Origin: a virus | Virus genome (UHGV): UHGV-0327679 | Strand: one strand, 5' to 3' | Length of the DNA stretch: 35,439 nucleotides | Shown: positions 10,967 through 20,915 of the stretch, piece by piece | Numbering within the stretch: position 1 is the first letter of the stretch | How the letters are laid out: each line of letters begins with the position of its first letter | The notes under the pieces: generated by a model | Seen by the model: the letters and a program-made list of their open reading frames with translations, nothing else | Databases searched by the model: none | What the model was told of the DNA's origin: nothing | Translations under genes and position numbers: made by a program

Positions 10967-11428
10967 TCACGTACTCGGATCATCTTTCTCGATGTAAAAC
11001 CGATTCCACGTATACGCGCTTTTGTTACCACTACCGCGAGGCATGTCATTTCGCCGCTCAAGTGGTGGTATTTTGGTTAAAGCGATGCAGATTGTCTGAT
11101 ATGCGCTGTCAGCAGCGGTAAGGAGAGCATCCGACGGCTGAATGACGTTATCCATGCACACTTGCACAGCGAGTTTCAAAGCGACGCCATCATTTGCCCA
11201 TGCAGGGATACCTGAATCATCGTCAGGTAACGGCATGATGCCGTTTTCTGTATCAGCAAACTGATATCCAAGCTCGATACCTTTCGCCTGCCATGCTGCC
11301 ATCATGTCTTCGAGGTCATTAATGGCATCTTCAATTGCCTGAGGGTCGGCATCTGTCAACGTGGCATTGGAATACAGCCCGGCTTTTCGTAAAGCCTTTA
11401 GAACGAGATCACCCTTCGTTTTCGCCAT
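10967..11428 (-). CDS. Head-completion/tail accessory protein, P22 gp4-like
   Basis: 153 aa; synteny immediately downstream of the coat region. Confidence 0.65.
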   Translation of the reverse strand: MAKTKGDLVLKALRKAGLYSNATLTDADPQAIEDAINDLEDMMAAWQAKGIELGYQFADTENGIMPLPDDDSGIPAWANDGVALKLAVQVCMDNVIQPSDALLTAADSAYQTICIALTKIPPLERRNDMPRGSGNKSAYTWNRFYIEKDDPST

Positions 11429-11597
11429 CTTCTTCCGCCTTAGCCACTTTTTGCTTCGTTGCGGTTTCTTCAGGAGTTTTTACCCAACCTTTTTTCAGGT
11501 GAGATTTAACTTCTTCGTCATCAACAATGATGTAATCGACAGCAAACTGACCACAGGTGATCATGTTGCCCGGCTTATAGAGCATTGTTCGTGCCAT
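11409..11597 (-). CDS. Small hypothetical protein (62 aa) downstream of coat
   Basis: ATG at 11597 with GGGAGA Shine-Dalgarno; MARTMLYKPGNMITCGQFAVDYIIVDDEE. Confidence 0.5.
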   Translation of the reverse strand: MARTMLYKPGNMITCGQFAVDYIIVDDEEVKSHLKKGWVKTPEETATKQKVAKAEEDGENEG

Positions 11598-11638
11598 TGT
11601 CTTCTCCCAATAAAAATGGGGCCGAAGCCCCACCAAAA

Positions 11639-12892
11639 TTACTGCCCGGCAATAACGATGCCCGTATATTCAGGAACAAGTACAGAGCAGCCGTACAGAG
11701 TGGTGAAACGCGCAGTGGTTACGCCTTTGATGTGGTCGAAGGCGTAAGACATAATCAGCGTAGCGCCCTGCTCGGTGGTTGCCGTCATTACCTGTGGACC
11801 CTGACCAGTCGGGAACGCCAGTTTGCCGTACATCAGTTCAACAGAACCATCAGCCCAGAACAGGTTAGCCGGTGCGGCATTTTTGTTGAGAATGGTGATT
11901 GCTGCGCTACTTGCCGCATTAGCATCAACGTTTGCATATGGACGGCTGGCGACATCCGCGTTGTCAGGCGGCAGAATTTTCGGGGAGATAGTTACTGTCG
12001 TTCCGCTAACTGCCAGAACGCGGAATACCTGCGGCTGCCCGGTGGTATCTTTGGTGATCTGGTGTACGGAATTCACCCCTGCGATGGTAAACGCATCGCC
12101 AACCTGCAAACCTTCATCAGATACCGTAATGGTCCCCTGTCGGTTATCCACTGGCATTTCGTTAGCATCTTTCGCTTCAACCTTGTGCGCAGGTGCTGCT
12201 GCCAGCGTAATGGAAGTTGCTGTACCCTTCGGAACACGACCAGAAATATCGGTCTTGTAGCTATCGAAGGACGCAACCGGAGGGATCTGCGCTTTTTCGT
12301 ATGCTGTCAGGGTTGCGCCCTGAGCATAGGCACGGTGACCAAGCTCGCCAGCAAGGTCTTTGTAGTTGAAGGGGTTCCAGAAAGAGCGGCGGTTGATACC
12401 CTGTGGTACACCAATCGCCGTCATGGTGGCATCAATACCTGCCGCACAGTTCCACAAATCACGGCCCTGTGAACCAGTGGTTGAGTCAGCCATTGTGATC
12501 ACGTTAGTAGCACGCTGCGTGACCATGGAAATCAGGTCAGAGTCAATCTGTGCAGCAAGGCGCATACCTGCGGCGCGACCAGCTTCAGTTTTATGTTCCG
12601 GGTCACGCATTTCACGCGCATCCAGAGTGTACAGAATGTTTTTCGGCTCCTTGAACACAGAAGGAACAAGGCGCTGAACCAGTGCTGTTGGCGTTTTGCC
12701 GCTGAGGTCTAGGCCTTCCTCAATGTTCATGTGGTAATGCTGCGGACGATACAGAACATCACCTGCTCGCTGCATTGCTGTATCACCGGGACGGAATTTT
12801 TTAGCGTTACGGGAAACTACGCAGGCGGCCTCAAAGCCTTCAACGTAGTTTTCGAACATGATTTCAAGGTCTTTTGCTAATTGGTTAGCCAT
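11639..12892 (-). CDS. Major capsid (coat) protein
   Basis: 417 aa directly downstream of scaffold and upstream of gene 4; size and position match the P22-like coat. Confidence 0.8.
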   Translation of the reverse strand: MANQLAKDLEIMFENYVEGFEAACVVSRNAKKFRPGDTAMQRAGDVLYRPQHYHMNIEEGLDLSGKTPTALVQRLVPSVFKEPKNILYTLDAREMRDPEHKTEAGRAAGMRLAAQIDSDLISMVTQRATNVITMADSTTGSQGRDLWNCAAGIDATMTAIGVPQGINRRSFWNPFNYKDLAGELGHRAYAQGATLTAYEKAQIPPVASFDSYKTDISGRVPKGTATSITLAAAPAHKVEAKDANEMPVDNRQGTITVSDEGLQVGDAFTIAGVNSVHQITKDTTGQPQVFRVLAVSGTTVTISPKILPPDNADVASRPYANVDANAASSAAITILNKNAAPANLFWADGSVELMYGKLAFPTGQGPQVMTATTEQGATLIMSYAFDHIKGVTTARFTTLYGCSVLVPEYTGIVIAGQ

Positions 12893-12910
12893 GTTTAATG
12901 CTCCGATAGG

Positions 12911-13804
12911 TTATTTTTTTGCCTTTTTAGCGGCGAAATACGGCGTCCAGTCACCAGTTTCCAGCGCCTTGGCTTTCAATTTGCCGAGGTTGTTGATTAC
13001 TGCGCCGTTGCTCCCCTTAACTGTCGGGGTTGTGGCTGCCGTGGTTTTTGCTTTTGGCATGACTCTGGCCTTCGATTCGATACGTTCCAGCAGACGACCA
13101 ATTGCTACGGGGTTGGTAGCTTCTGCCAGTTGCTTGCGCAGTTCAGCGTTGCGACCGAGCGCCAGAACAACGATTTCCGGCTTCTCTGACTCAAACAGGA
13201 TCGCGTTTTGTGTCTCGATGGGGATTTCCTCGAGTACGGCCTGTTCTGCTTCCTGATAGCCAGGAACTTTGAGAGCCTTAACACGTTGCTGATATTTGGA
13301 TAATCGCTCTTGATAGGCAGCCTGAAGCTCCTGCTCCTTCTGCTTGCGAGCCATCTCCTGTTGCTGGTACTTGCCGTTATCCTCTGCCCACTTAGCCATG
13401 CGTTGCTGGTAGATTTCTTCATCGAAACCGATGTCCTCATCATCCAGTTTTGGCATTCGCGGTGGTTGAGTTATTACCGGCTGCTGCTCGACGGGTTTCT
13501 GAGACTGACGCATCAGCTCTTTCAGCTCGCGGTCTTTCTCTTTAATCGTCTTGCGCAGGTGTTTTACCAGTCCATGCTCTGCGCCATCTTCGCTGGTTGG
13601 CGAATCCAGCTTTTCGTCACCAAAGTAGAATTCCTGTTCTGATTCGTCGTCATCAGTTTCAGTAGCTTCCTCTGCATCATTGCCGGAGGACTCACTGCCA
13701 TCTTCTGTTTCGACTTCTTCAGCCAGTTCGACATCATCAGGAATCTGCTCTGACGCGTCGGTTTCGATTTCAACTTCTGGTGTGTTTTCTGCCATCTGGT
13801 CCAT
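12911..13804 (-). CDS. Scaffolding protein
   Basis: 297 aa, highly acidic N-terminus with predicted coiled-coil, Lys-rich C-terminus; between portal and coat. Confidence 0.8.
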   Translation of the reverse strand: MDQMAENTPEVEIETDASEQIPDDVELAEEVETEDGSESSGNDAEEATETDDDESEQEFYFGDEKLDSPTSEDGAEHGLVKHLRKTIKEKDRELKELMRQSQKPVEQQPVITQPPRMPKLDDEDIGFDEEIYQQRMAKWAEDNGKYQQQEMARKQKEQELQAAYQERLSKYQQRVKALKVPGYQEAEQAVLEEIPIETQNAILFESEKPEIVVLALGRNAELRKQLAEATNPVAIGRLLERIESKARVMPKAKTTAATTPTVKGSNGAVINNLGKLKAKALETGDWTPYFAAKKAKK

Positions 13805-13894
13805 TTGTTACCCCTGTTTACTCGATGTTCAGCCCATCGGAAGGCAATAGGGTGCCAGGCCTCATAAAGACAGCCATTGCACGTTATGGGTTAA

Positions 13895-16093
13895 TTACTG
13901 CTGTGGTTGTTGCTGAGTTGATTTTTGCAGGATGCTGCTGATGTCCATGCGCTGCGCATGACCCTGTGCCTGACTTTTCAGGACAAGCTCTGCATCAGCA
14001 CGGGCATTGTCTCCTTGCTGTTGCTGGAACTGTCCGAGCAGTTTCAGAGCCTCGCGGATATCAGATTTCTGCTGGCTATCGGCAGATGCGAGGATTTTCA
14101 CAACATTTGCCGCTGCAACCTGAGCATCAGTCTGTGCCTGGAATGCTTTAACCTGAATGGCTGCCTGTTCGTTCTGCGCTTTCTGCAATTCAGCCTGACC
14201 AGCAAGAAGCTGACCTTGCGCAGCAACCATAGCCGGATCTGGCTGACTGGCCTGTTGTTGTTTCGCCTGCTCAACCATCTGCTGTTCTTCTGGCGTTCTC
14301 GGCTTGATAACTCCAGACAGAAGCAACTGATTGCGGTTGTATTCTTTCAGGTCGTCCATCCCTTCTCCGTCCATATTGTCGAGAATCATCGACGATACAA
14401 GGTCGTGCTTCGGCGTCCCTGGCGGGATAAGTGCCAGCATGGAAAGTAACGACTTAACCGTTGCATCACGGCGAGTAGCGAACGACTGACCGACATCGAC
14501 AGTCACTTCGTAGTTACCCTGCGAAAGGTCGTTAAGCGCGATAACCTGCCCTGTCTGACGGTCAACCACTTCACCAGTCATCAGCGCCACGTCATCGCTG
14601 CCGTCCTCATTAACGATACGCATCGGCGTATCGCTGCCATAGACTTCACGCGCCATAGAAAGCCACACAACGCCAGCGCGACGCATAGATTTAGCCATGT
14701 TGTCCATGTAGATATAGGACTGCGTGTCCATCCGGTTAAAGATGCTATCAACGGTATCGGTGGCGACGTTGCTCGGCATGTTCTCAAGCTGCGACGCACC
14801 TGTAATTTGCTGAATAGCCGTTCCGGTGTACTGCAATAGCCCGGCAAGAGCTGGAGGCATTTGTGTCGGAGGCGTATAACTGCTGACCTGAGCCTGCGCA
14901 GTAATATCTCCGTTTTTGTTTTTCAAACTGACCATCGGCAGGAACGCCGGGCGCTTTTTGTTGCGCTCCGCCCAATGAGTGGCAAGAGGACCAGGAATCA
15001 TGTCAACATCAACTACAGGAATGCCATCACCGCCAGCCTGAGTAGCGTTATCTGCAATCATGGAAACCATCAGGTTCTCAAGACGCTGTGCATCCATCGC
15101 TTTTGCTGCGTGGCCTTCGATTCGCTCCTGATTATCAACAAATGAACGACGCCCATATACCGGGATGAGAGGAATATGTTCGCCCGGAATACGCTTCGGT
15201 TCTTCCAGCCATTCAGCGCCAGACAGAAGACCGCAATAAACTCGGCGTTTCTTCACCGTTCGCTCGCCAATCAGTTCGAATGCACCATCGGTCAGCTCGT
15301 CGACAATATCTTTGATTTGCTCTTCATCATAGATTGCCGTTTCTCCGCTGACAGGGTTACGCCATGCTGTGAGCTTCACCTTCTCTATGCGAACTTCGTA
15401 GTAGCGACCAACATAGATAGCATCAGGAGTTGACCAGTCATATTGAGTGCCAGTGTCATCACGAGAAAGGCTTGCCGCGATGGAATCAGGGTATTCAGCC
15501 TCGAACGCTTTAGGCGTCATGGAGAACATTTCCATAGCCCACATAGCATCAGAGCGGTCATATTGCTTGCTGTCCTGATCGAAGAAGACGCATGTCGCTG
15601 GGTCGTAAACAGGAAGAAGGCTGATGCGTCGCTGCTCGTTACTCGGATCCATTTCATCTTCGTAATCGGCACACATGCGGAAACAACCGAATCCGCCCGT
15701 TACAGCATCATCAAATGCGTTATCACACGCTTCGCCACCGGATGTTTCCTGATAGTCAGCGCGGAATTTGCCGTTCATCTTTTCGGCTAACGCTTCCGAT
15801 GCCTTGTCATCCTTCGGCCTGAATTTAACGCTGATGCGATTCTGTCGATACTCGCCAATGATGCGATCACATTCACGGGCAATCTTATTCAGCTCAAAGC
15901 GCGGGTAATGCTCAAACCTGCCTTCATCAAATGAGTAACCAGCGTTTGTGCTGCCTTCCCACTGTGCGCCGGACACCCGGACGAAACGTTGAGCTTCAAT
16001 AATCTGCTCACGCATATCCTGCGTTGCTGACCAGGCATTATCAAAGTTGCACAGCACCTTGCGATGCCAGTCAGTCATCTTTTTTTCTGCCAT
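13895..16093 (-). CDS. Portal protein
   Basis: 732 aa (P22 portal is about 725) with a Gln-rich C-terminal barrel segment; immediately downstream of the large terminase. Confidence 0.85.
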   Translation of the reverse strand: MAEKKMTDWHRKVLCNFDNAWSATQDMREQIIEAQRFVRVSGAQWEGSTNAGYSFDEGRFEHYPRFELNKIARECDRIIGEYRQNRISVKFRPKDDKASEALAEKMNGKFRADYQETSGGEACDNAFDDAVTGGFGCFRMCADYEDEMDPSNEQRRISLLPVYDPATCVFFDQDSKQYDRSDAMWAMEMFSMTPKAFEAEYPDSIAASLSRDDTGTQYDWSTPDAIYVGRYYEVRIEKVKLTAWRNPVSGETAIYDEEQIKDIVDELTDGAFELIGERTVKKRRVYCGLLSGAEWLEEPKRIPGEHIPLIPVYGRRSFVDNQERIEGHAAKAMDAQRLENLMVSMIADNATQAGGDGIPVVDVDMIPGPLATHWAERNKKRPAFLPMVSLKNKNGDITAQAQVSSYTPPTQMPPALAGLLQYTGTAIQQITGASQLENMPSNVATDTVDSIFNRMDTQSYIYMDNMAKSMRRAGVVWLSMAREVYGSDTPMRIVNEDGSDDVALMTGEVVDRQTGQVIALNDLSQGNYEVTVDVGQSFATRRDATVKSLLSMLALIPPGTPKHDLVSSMILDNMDGEGMDDLKEYNRNQLLLSGVIKPRTPEEQQMVEQAKQQQASQPDPAMVAAQGQLLAGQAELQKAQNEQAAIQVKAFQAQTDAQVAAANVVKILASADSQQKSDIREALKLLGQFQQQQGDNARADAELVLKSQAQGHAQRMDISSILQKSTQQQPQQ

Positions 16094-16094
16094 A

Positions 16095-17510
16095 TCAACC
16101 TACACCACAAGGAATTGAGTAACTGGAATAGTCGGGTTGCGCAGCCGACTCCGGGCAATGCATACACATCATCAACGCATCAGCCAGGTTAGGAGATGGA
16201 ATACCGAGCTTCTGCTTCATTTCGACCTTAGTCATTAGCTCCAGCTTCCCGTTATTATTGAATTTGCGCTGAATCTGCGTCAGTTCTGCAAACAGCTTCT
16301 CCAGCATCTTCTCGCCTATCGCTTCTTTGTCGAAACTCAGCATGTCGTCTGGGTCTGCATACTCACCGTAGACAACCGCCCGATATGTCAGATACAGCCT
16401 GTCAGCCAGCGCGTAATAGAATTGCGCTCGCTTATTGCGGAATACATCGCCAATAGTGCGAACATTGTCGCCCTGTACGACTTCATCAGCCCATGCTCCG
16501 GCCTGATATGGCGCATCTTCATCGAATGGCGATTCGCTGCCCTTGAACATCGTGGCGGTGATTTTCTTGCCGGAGAACGCTTCCGTTGTCTGCCTGCGTA
16601 GCCCGGCACCAACACCATCACCATCCCACAGGTAGTGGTCAGCGCCGTCTTCAATCGCCAGCGAAGTAGCCCAGTCAGCACCCTCGTTGATGTCCATCAG
16701 CAGACCTTCGGCAATGCGCTTAACTACCGAACCGTGGCGCGATGCATAACCTTTGGCATCCGGCCCTGTATCTGATGGGTCATGCGCAGAGACAACAGCG
16801 CCTTTCGCTTTCCATCCGAGTTTCTTGTGCGCATCGGTAGCAGCTTCAAGCCATTCACGTTTGATGATTGCCATATCACTTGCGCTTACTGGCTCACCAA
16901 GCCAGATGTGACGATACAGTGTCGGATTTCTGCGTTTGCACTCTTCCATCTCCAGACGGAGAACTTCAGGAAAGTGCGGGTTGTCGGTGTAGTTCACCGT
17001 CAGCAGACAAATATCATCAGGAGGGTTTACGACGAATCGCTGATAGGTATCGTCGAGGATGTTTTTCGGGTTGAAGCTCACCCATATTTCGGAAAACGGC
17101 TTGCGGATGGTTGGTATCAGGATGTCCCATGATTCCTTCGTTACCGCTTCCGCTTCTTCCACCCAGCAGATATCAATGCCTTCGAGCGATTTAATCTTCG
17201 TCGGGTTGTTTTTTATGCCGTAGAACATGAATTCAGCATTCGTTCCGAGATGACGAATCATTGAACGCTGAATTTCAAACTCAGCCGAATACCCTTCCCG
17301 CTCTATGGTGTCTTCAAGCAACCGGATTACCGAATCGCTGATACTGTTTTGCAGTTCACGAGCGCAGAGAATACGCACTGGCTGCCGACGCGCCGCTTCA
17401 ACAAGCAGCCTCGCAATTGCCCATGATTTACCGCTACCTCGACCGCCTTTGGCGACTTTGTAGCGATGCGCCTCAATGAACGGTTCAAAGATAGGATTAA
17501 TCGAGGTCAT
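16095..17510 (-). CDS. Terminase large subunit
   Basis: 471 aa; Walker A GGRGSGKS; nuclease domain; overlaps the small-subunit stop. Confidence 0.9.
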   Translation of the reverse strand: MTSINPIFEPFIEAHRYKVAKGGRGSGKSWAIARLLVEAARRQPVRILCARELQNSISDSVIRLLEDTIEREGYSAEFEIQRSMIRHLGTNAEFMFYGIKNNPTKIKSLEGIDICWVEEAEAVTKESWDILIPTIRKPFSEIWVSFNPKNILDDTYQRFVVNPPDDICLLTVNYTDNPHFPEVLRLEMEECKRRNPTLYRHIWLGEPVSASDMAIIKREWLEAATDAHKKLGWKAKGAVVSAHDPSDTGPDAKGYASRHGSVVKRIAEGLLMDINEGADWATSLAIEDGADHYLWDGDGVGAGLRRQTTEAFSGKKITATMFKGSESPFDEDAPYQAGAWADEVVQGDNVRTIGDVFRNKRAQFYYALADRLYLTYRAVVYGEYADPDDMLSFDKEAIGEKMLEKLFAELTQIQRKFNNNGKLELMTKVEMKQKLGIPSPNLADALMMCMHCPESAAQPDYSSYSIPCGVG

Positions 17511-17932
17511 TTTCCGAATAGAGTGCTCATCGGTGATGTTTCAATCTGGATTGCGCCGCCGTCCTTACCGACAAGCTCGTTAGTTACCTTGTCGCCATAC
17601 TTACGGGGATTCATTCGGGCCAGCGCCCATTTGCGGGTATCAACGCGAAGTCTTGCCTTTGCCACCTCAGCAGCATCTGGAATCGCAGTGTCAGCAATTT
17701 CGAATATCTCTTCGAAAATAGAATCAGCTCGTGCCTCAGTTGCCTTCGCGTACTTGTCTCTAAATTCTTCATGCTCTGACAGCCAGCGAAATACAGTAGC
17801 CTTTGCTGGCATGCCGGGGCGCTTGCAAACCTTAACCAGACTTTCCCCGGAGGCAAGCAGCGCACAGATATCATCAGCCACCTCCGGCAGGTAATCCGAA
17901 GGGCGACCGACATTCTTTTTCTCAGTCGCCAT
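17507..17932 (-). CDS. Terminase small subunit (Sf6 gp1-like)
   Basis: 141 aa MATEKKNVGRPSDYLPEVADDICALLASGESLVKVCKRPGMPAKATVFRWL, close to the Sf6 small terminase. Confidence 0.85.
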   Translation of the reverse strand: MATEKKNVGRPSDYLPEVADDICALLASGESLVKVCKRPGMPAKATVFRWLSEHEEFRDKYAKATEARADSIFEEIFEIADTAIPDAAEVAKARLRVDTRKWALARMNPRKYGDKVTNELVGKDGGAIQIETSPMSTLFGK

Positions 17933-18011
17933 ATTGATTATTTCCCTTCTGCTTGCTTATCCCATTCATCGCGGAATTTGGATGGGTTGTCGAAACCTTG
18001 AGTTGCCATGT

Positions 18012-18254
18012 TTATGCTCCGGTAGTGAACAGGTCTAACGCTTCCTTCGATTTACGCACCGCTTCGATAGTGCGGGTCGTGATATCTGAATTAGCGCCAC
18101 CTGACTGGAAGTGAATTTTGAATAGCTCAAGCTTCAGTTCGTCAGTACCAATGAACTGAAATGCTTCTTCTGCGGCTGCGTTCTGGTTCATGACCAGCTT
18201 GTAAATCTCTAACTGGAATTTCTGTTCTTCAGTCATGGGAATAATCTCTGCCAT
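18012..18254 (-). CDS. Hypothetical 80-aa protein upstream of terminase
   Basis: GGAG upstream of ATG 18254; conserved position in P22-like phages. Confidence 0.5.
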   Translation of the reverse strand: MAEIIPMTEEQKFQLEIYKLVMNQNAAAEEAFQFIGTDELKLELFKIHFQSGGANSDITTRTIEAVRKSKEALDLFTTGA

Positions 18255-18581
18255 TGTTGGCTCCGTTTATCCGTTAAAAGGGATATCAGTTAAGTTATCC
18301 CGTGTAGGGTATAAGCCATTGTCGAGACCACTCATTGAATGGTCTCTGCAATAACCGATGTCTTTCCATCAGTCCGCCACCACAAAGAATCTTTTTTGCC
18401 ATAAGGCAGGAGGTTCATCTTTCAGTGGCTGCCAGTGTTATTTCCCCACTTACTGGCTTGGGTTGTTTCGTGGTACTGCCGTTAACTGGTGGCCCAGAAT
18501 AAATTCCGGTTTCATTATCAAGCCCACCCGTAAATGGGCTTTGTAATGAAGAGTTGTTATGAAAATTGCTCTAAACAAGCA

Positions 18582-19070
18582 TTAATAGCCATCAGAAGTA
18601 ATCGCTACAGATTTCAATCCCTCAATGTCATCCTTGGACAGGGCGAACCATTCACCGTGCTTTCTCTTTGCGGCAAATTTGCGATGAAGCATGTTTTCAG
18701 TTTCTCTTCCACCAGGGATCAGGCACTCAAGCTTCAAGCAGTCTGGTCCAGAGTTGCCAAGCGATTTGATGCGTTGTGGAATGTTGGATGAATACCCAAT
18801 TTTGGTTAGCCCAGTTTTCTTCGATGACAAAACGTATACCTGAGGAGGTTCTTTTCTCTGGTCTTCCATTACACGTCTCATTGTTGCCATAAGTCCGCCG
18901 TGCATCAGCATTTCAACAAAGAACGCTGACCGAACACCTGACGACTTAAGCATGCCAGAAAATTCACTTGCCAATTCCATTAACTCTGCGATGTTTTCAG
19001 GAACTTTTTGGCAGTTATCTTCCTTGTATAAGGAAATCATTCTTTGAAGCTTTTCTTCTAATTGGTTCAT
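18582..19070 (-). CDS. T5orf172/GIY-YIG-like domain protein (moron)
   Basis: C-terminal pattern VYVLSSKKTGLTKIGYSSNIPQRIKSL ... ENMLHRKFAAKRKHGEWFAL fits the T5orf172 (MUG113) family; AT-rich; lies after the lysis-cassette terminator; start ambiguous (ATG 19070 or GTG 19106). Confidence 0.6.
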   Translation of the reverse strand: MNQLEEKLQRMISLYKEDNCQKVPENIAELMELASEFSGMLKSSGVRSAFFVEMLMHGGLMATMRRVMEDQRKEPPQVYVLSSKKTGLTKIGYSSNIPQRIKSLGNSGPDCLKLECLIPGGRETENMLHRKFAAKRKHGEWFALSKDDIEGLKSVAITSDGY

Positions 19071-19220
19071 AGCGTCTTTACCTTTTAGAAAGTGAGCCTG
19101 TCTCACAGAAAAGCCGCCCCGAGATGGTCGCCACCATATACGGCAGTTCTCAGGCTCAACTTTCTGAAAGGCTCGGGTGATGTAATATGCGCGTGAGATG
19201 CGCTGTGAAATTCAGATGTA

Positions 19221-19244
19221 AAAAAAGCCCCGCATCGCGAGGCT
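19221..19244 (-). terminator. Rho-independent terminator after the lysis cassette
   Basis: Minus-strand hairpin GCCTCGC-GAT-GCGGGGC followed by TTTTTTT, 30 nt downstream of the Rz stop. Confidence 0.7.
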
Positions 19245-19328
19245 CATTAAATGGACTTTGTGATTTGCAAAAAAATTATTTCAGGCACTGAGTCCTGATG
19301 TACTCCTGCAGGTAGTTAACCTGCGCGG

Positions 19329-19487
19329 TTATCCTGTCGATTCCAATTCGGAGACGGTAATAATTGAGTTCAGCATCTGCTGTAAGTCTTGGGCTTTCTC
19401 CATTGCCCATGCCGCTGGCTCCGGTCGTTGACTTTGCACAGGTGGCGGCGACTTGCAGGCGCTTACGACCAGCAGAAACAGCCACAT
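19329..19487 (-). CDS. Rz1: o-spanin Rz1 (embedded lipoprotein); start probably affected by the Rz rearrangement
   Basis: Lipobox VSAC followed by the Pro-rich KSPPPVQSQRPEPAAW and LNSIITVSE, resembling lambda Rz1; +1 frame within Rz. Confidence 0.5.
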   Translation of the reverse strand: MWLFLLVVSACKSPPPVQSQRPEPAAWAMEKAQDLQQMLNSIITVSELESTG

Positions 19488-19657
19488 CCACAATCGCTGA
19501 CATGCAGAAGCGTCAACGTGATGTAGCAGAACTTGACGCCAGATACACAAAGGAGCTTGCTGATGCTAACGCGACTATCGAAAGTCTCCGTGCTGATGTT
19601 CCAAGTTCTGCTACATCACGTTGACGCTTCTGCATGTCAGCGATTGTGGATGTGGCT
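19480..19657. repeat. Perfect 56-bp inverted repeat (19480-19535 vs 19602-19657) around a 66-bp inverted segment inside Rz
   Basis: Reverse complement of the left arm equals the right arm exactly; spacer is 66 bp (22 codons). Confidence 0.85.
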
Positions 19658-19769
19658 TTATCGCGCTGCTCTTTGTAGGCGATGGCGTTATCACGGTAAT
19701 GATTGACCGCCCACGACAGACAGACGACGATGCAGATAATCAGAGCAGATATAATCGCGGTTACTCTGC

Positions 19770-20246
19770 TCATACCTCAATCTCTCTGACCGTTCCGCCA
19801 GCTTCTTTGAATTTTGCAATCAGGCTGTCAGCCTTATGCTCGAACTGGCCATAACCAGCGCCCGGAAGTGAAGCCCAGATATTGCTGCAACGGTCGATTG
19901 CCTGACGAATATCGCCGCGGTCAATCATCGGTAAAGCGCCACGCTCTTTAATCTGTTGCAATGCCACAGCGTCCTGGCTTTTCGGAGAGAAGTCTTTCAG
20001 TCCAAGCTGCTTGCGGTAGGCATCCCACCAACGGGAAAGAAGCTGGTAACGTCCGGCTGCTGTTGATTTGAGTTTTGGGTTTAGCGTGACAAGTTTGCGA
20101 GGGTGATCGGAGTAATCAGTGAATAGCTCTCCGCCAACAATGACGTCATAACCATGATTTCTGGTTTTCTGACGTCCGTTATCAGTTCCCTCCGACCACG
20201 CCAGCATATCGAGGAACGCCTTACGTTGATTATTGATTTCCACCAT
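19770..20246 (-). CDS. R: Endolysin (lambda R-type lytic transglycosylase)
   Basis: 158 aa [49 protein letters not shown], near-identical to lambda R. Confidence 0.9.
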   Translation of the reverse strand: MVEINNQRKAFLDMLAWSEGTDNGRQKTRNHGYDVIVGGELFTDYSDHPRKLVTLNPKLKSTAAGRYQLLSRWWDAYRKQLGLKDFSPKSQDAVALQQIKERGALPMIDRGDIRQAIDRCSNIWASLPGAGYGQFEHKADSLIAKFKEAGGTVREIEV

Positions 20247-20553
20247 CTTCTACTCCGGCTTTTTTAGCAGCGAAGCGTTTGATAAGCGAACCAATCGAGT
20301 CAGTACCGATGTAGCCGATGAACACGCTCGTTATATAAGCGAGATCGCTACTTAGTCCGGCGAAGTCGAGAAGGTCACGAATGAACCAGGCGATAATGGC
20401 GCACATCGTTGCGTCGATTACTGTTTTTGTAAACGCACCGCCATTGTATCTGCCGCGAAGGTACGCCATTGCAAACGCAAGGATTGCCCCGATTCCTTGT
20501 TCCTTTGCCGCGAGAATGGCGGCTAACAGGTCATGTTTTTCTGGCATATTCAT
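20230..20553 (-). CDS. S: Holin (lambda S-type, dual start MxxM)
   Basis: 107 aa [45 protein letters not shown], near-identical to lambda S. Confidence 0.9.
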   Translation of the reverse strand: MNMPEKHDLLAAILAAKEQGIGAILAFAMAYLRGRYNGGAFTKTVIDATMCAIIAWFIRDLLDFAGLSSDLAYITSVFIGYIGTDSIGSLIKRFAAKKAGVEDGGNQ

Positions 20554-20845
20554 GTCTTACCCCCAATAAGGGGATTTGCTCTATTTAATTAGGAATAAGG
20601 TCGATTACTGATAGAACAAATCCAGGCTACTGTGTTTAGTAATCAGATTTGTTCGTGACCGATATGCACGGGCAAAACGGCAGGAGGTTGTTAGCGCAAC
20701 CTCCTGCCACCCGATTTCACGAAGGCAGCCATTGAGCTGGTTTTGTTTTATGCAAAGCACACCGCACCGTAGCCACAGCGGATAAGGTGATTATTTTGGT
20801 CTGTCTGGTATTTGGTTTGATGTGCTTTCAGAAAGGCCGTGCTTA

Positions 20846-20880
20846 AAACGCAAAAAGCCCCGAGCTATTAACTCAGGGCT
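20846..20880 (-). terminator. tR'-like terminator of the short late leader (6S-type) RNA
   Basis: Minus-strand hairpin AGCCCTGAG-TTAATAG-CTCGGGGCT followed by TTTTT, about 40 nt downstream of the predicted PR' start. Confidence 0.55.
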
Positions 20881-20915
20881 TTATTTAACGAGTGCATTTA
20901 TCCATCGTTAGGTCA

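Larger units (their letters stand above)
19276..19773 (-). pseudogene. Rz: i-spanin Rz, disrupted by an internal inverted-repeat rearrangement
   Basis: N-terminus [34 protein letters not shown] and C-terminus ...SPRLTADAELNYYRLRIGIDRITAQVNYLQEYIRTQC both match lambda Rz, but the middle 22 codons ([22 protein letters not shown]) are encoded on the opposite strand. Confidence 0.75.

Noticed and set aside
11585-12472. Long plus-strand ORFs antisense to coat, portal and terminase (also 13925..14449 and 16782..17132)
   Set aside because: Antisense to well-supported structural genes and Cys/Arg-rich, typical of spurious frames.
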